Shown piece after piece: positions 62,501 to 64,000 of a stretch of DNA of 64,000 nt. Location of the stretch: the NCBI GenBank assembly GCA_030141605.1, contig JAQGDQ010000968.1:10747-74746 (forward strand). The letters are read 5' to 3'. Within the stretch, counting starts at the first letter, position 1. The number at the start of each line of letters is the position of its first letter. Source of the DNA: Tubiluchus corallicola (Eukaryota > Animalia > Priapulida). The notes beneath the pieces were generated by a model that was not told the DNA's origin, did not search any database, and saw only the letters and a list, made by a program, of their open reading frames with translations. Made by a program: the position numbers and the translations under genes.

Positions 62501-63229
62501 TGATCATTAACTGCAGTATTTGTCTGTGATGCCAGCGTGATGAACAGCTCATTCTCGTGACATCACATCAGCATCTTATAGCAATCTACGCTTAAGCAAA
62601 CATGCTTGATGTGCAGGGAAGATGCCTACCATTGCACAAACTATGGTTGGTTTGTGACGTAAGCATTAGCTGTGTTCACTTGCTGTTAATTAACTTTCTA
62701 AGCTAATTATTCAAATATAAGGAACAACTGCTAACATTTATGGGCAAGAAAATGTAAATTTTGGACAGTAAATTAAAATGAAATTGAGTCTAAACAACAG
62801 TCCGGTTTATGTTTAACACCAAGAAGAATACCTGAAGTCAAATCTACTGCACAGACTGAAGAGATGATCTGTCTCTTCCATTGTCCAGTTGTCATCATGA
62901 AGATGCATCTGGTATTCTAAATCCGAGTACGATGGAACCTCTACAGGCTAAACAAGAATATTATTACTTATTAGTCATGTCTAATAATATAATGATGATC
63001 GTAATTAAATTAGCATAATATTGTAATAAAACAACTGTGACCAAGATTCATAAAAATAAATACTTAACGTAACACGAAAAAAACAAACTTTTTTTTGCAA
63101 AGTGTGCAGGTATTCATTCCAGGCAGGTGTTAATTATTCATTTAATTAACTCACCTTGTTAAACCTTGCAAATGGATAATCTTTACCTTCGTCTGCAACT
63201 CTTCTCCAGTGATAGAAGATTGCGCCATC
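53276..63229 (-). CDS. DMAP1: DNA methyltransferase 1-associated protein 1 (SWC4/EAF2 homolog, NuA4/TIP60-SWR1 subunit); 5' exons beyond the right edge
   Basis: Exons 63229-63155, 62947-62832, 61247-61145, 59329-59222, 58666-58478, 57292-57221, 56344-56272, 55527-55367, 54204-54022 and 53341-53276, with consistent phases. DGAIFYHWRR..KDYPFARFNK, SANT domain WTMEETDHLF..RFIVIRDR..RSVEDLKERYY, YDADHERRRK.QLEKL, KKAQDLQKLI, GIKFPEFK, PMPTEEI..FNELR.DMVLLYELK. Confidence 0.95.
54530..55033. mobile_element. hAT-like MITE, same family as 29817-30275; a partial copy lies at ~58725-58967
   Basis: cagggatgagaat...attctcatccctg with a colinear interior. The flanks share tgaata. Confidence 0.85.
57567..58329. 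repeat. Minisatellite, 65-bp unit x ~11.7, in a DMAP1 intron
   Basis: Unit gtcaggcaatgctgggttactgttaatttgcatccccagtaattttagctaagagctgccactat. Confidence 0.95.
59345..59600. repeat. Compound trinucleotide microsatellite (ATT)n-(AGT)n-(AGC)n
   Basis: Direct reading. Confidence 0.95.
60570..61050. mobile_element. Tc1/mariner (pogo/Tigger-like) MITE, longer relative of 45494-45775
   Basis: TA|cagtcaacctcgaggataag ... cttatattcgaagttgctg|TA. It shares gcgtaatagaaacccaggtaaattacctcg.atataagggaccctatgatca. Confidence 0.8.
61280..61422. repeat. (CAT)n/(TAT)n microsatellite
   Basis: Direct reading. It is the source of the poly-Met ORF start. Confidence 0.93.
61502..61789. mobile_element. Second Tigger-like MITE with degenerate TIRs
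   Basis: tagtgagtcctcgcttaacga ... attaggcgaagacttactg|TA, with repeated cgtttaacgacg subterminal motifs. Confidence 0.6.
61855..62480. repeat. Minisatellite, ~122-bp unit x 5
   Basis: Repeated tctaaaaattgtatcagtattgtacagcaagttattaataaca.tattctgactcaaaa..ctacttctgaaactaaacacagctttc. Confidence 0.92.
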
Positions 63230-63714
63230 CTGTGGTCAGGAAACAAAACTTTTAAAATTGCAATTTCGTTCTTTTTAACGAGACATTACAAATCCGCTGT
63301 GCTTTACTTTTTTTGTCAACAGATGGCACCATGCATTTACATAACTCACTACAGGAAAGTGCTTAGAAAACTAGTGAAGCAGAGTTTTTTCAACTAACAT
63401 TTCATTTATAACAGACATCTGTGAAACTTTAAGATTACTGAATGAAGTCCAATGGAATTTGCTTTTGTAAACAGTGTAAGCCCATTATACCATCAGCATG
63501 GCATTTAGCAAGCTAGGTTCCTGACAAAAATAAATCATATTTAAACAAAAACAAAAATGAAAACAATCTTTTAACTGTTTACTTTCTTAAGAGAAAAAGC
63601 GAAAGTTTTCTACGGGATACAAACAAAGAATTACATTAAACTAATAGGAAAACTAGAAAAAAAATTCTACGTTAAACAATATCTTTTTAAACAAAAACTT
63701 TACATTATGTATGG

Positions 63715-64000
63715 GACTAATAAACAGCACCAGGCACAGCACATCAATAAAAGTTTGTACATACTTTCCGGGCAGGATTAATAAAGAGTACCAGGCATAG
63801 CACATCAATAAAAGTTTACACATACTTTCCGGGCAGGACTAGTGAACAGCACCAGGCATAGCACATCAATAGAAATTTATACATACTTTCTGGGCGGGAT
63901 TAATAAACAGCACCAGGCACAGCACATCAACAAAGTTTATACATACTTTCCGGGCGGGATTAATAAAGAGTACCAAGCATAGCACATCAATAAAAGTTTA
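63715..64000. repeat. Minisatellite, ~61-62-bp unit, runs off the right edge
   Basis: Repeated taataaacagcaccaggca.agcacatcaataaaagttt.tacatactttccgggc.gga. Confidence 0.92.

Overview
AT-rich, intron-containing animal (probably invertebrate) genomic DNA, not prokaryotic. Reading splice sites by hand gives five housekeeping genes: DOHH (-, runs off the left edge), MTG1 (+, 9 exons, complete), mago nashi (-, 5 exons, complete, absent from the ORF track), adenylosuccinate synthetase ADSS (2 exons, three copies) and DMAP1 (-, 5' end off the right edge). The centre is an ~8.3-kb near-perfect inverted repeat (29618-37899 / 38587-46868) around a 687-N gap, plus a diverged third copy (24251-29620) whose ADSS decays progressively. 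This is most likely uncollapsed haplotypes plus a fold-back assembly artefact rather than a real triplication. Introns are rich in minisatellites, MITEs and SINEs. The best leads are a 5S rRNA-headed SINE with an RTE-like body in MTG1 intron 7, a tandem array that multiplies the MTG1 exon-1 splice donor, a presence/absence hAT-type MITE, a 2.2-kb 41-bp array probably inside the DMAP1 3' UTR, and an unusually intron-poor ADSS. I found no convincing evidence of a wholly new biological system. All family assignments come from recognition, not database searches.
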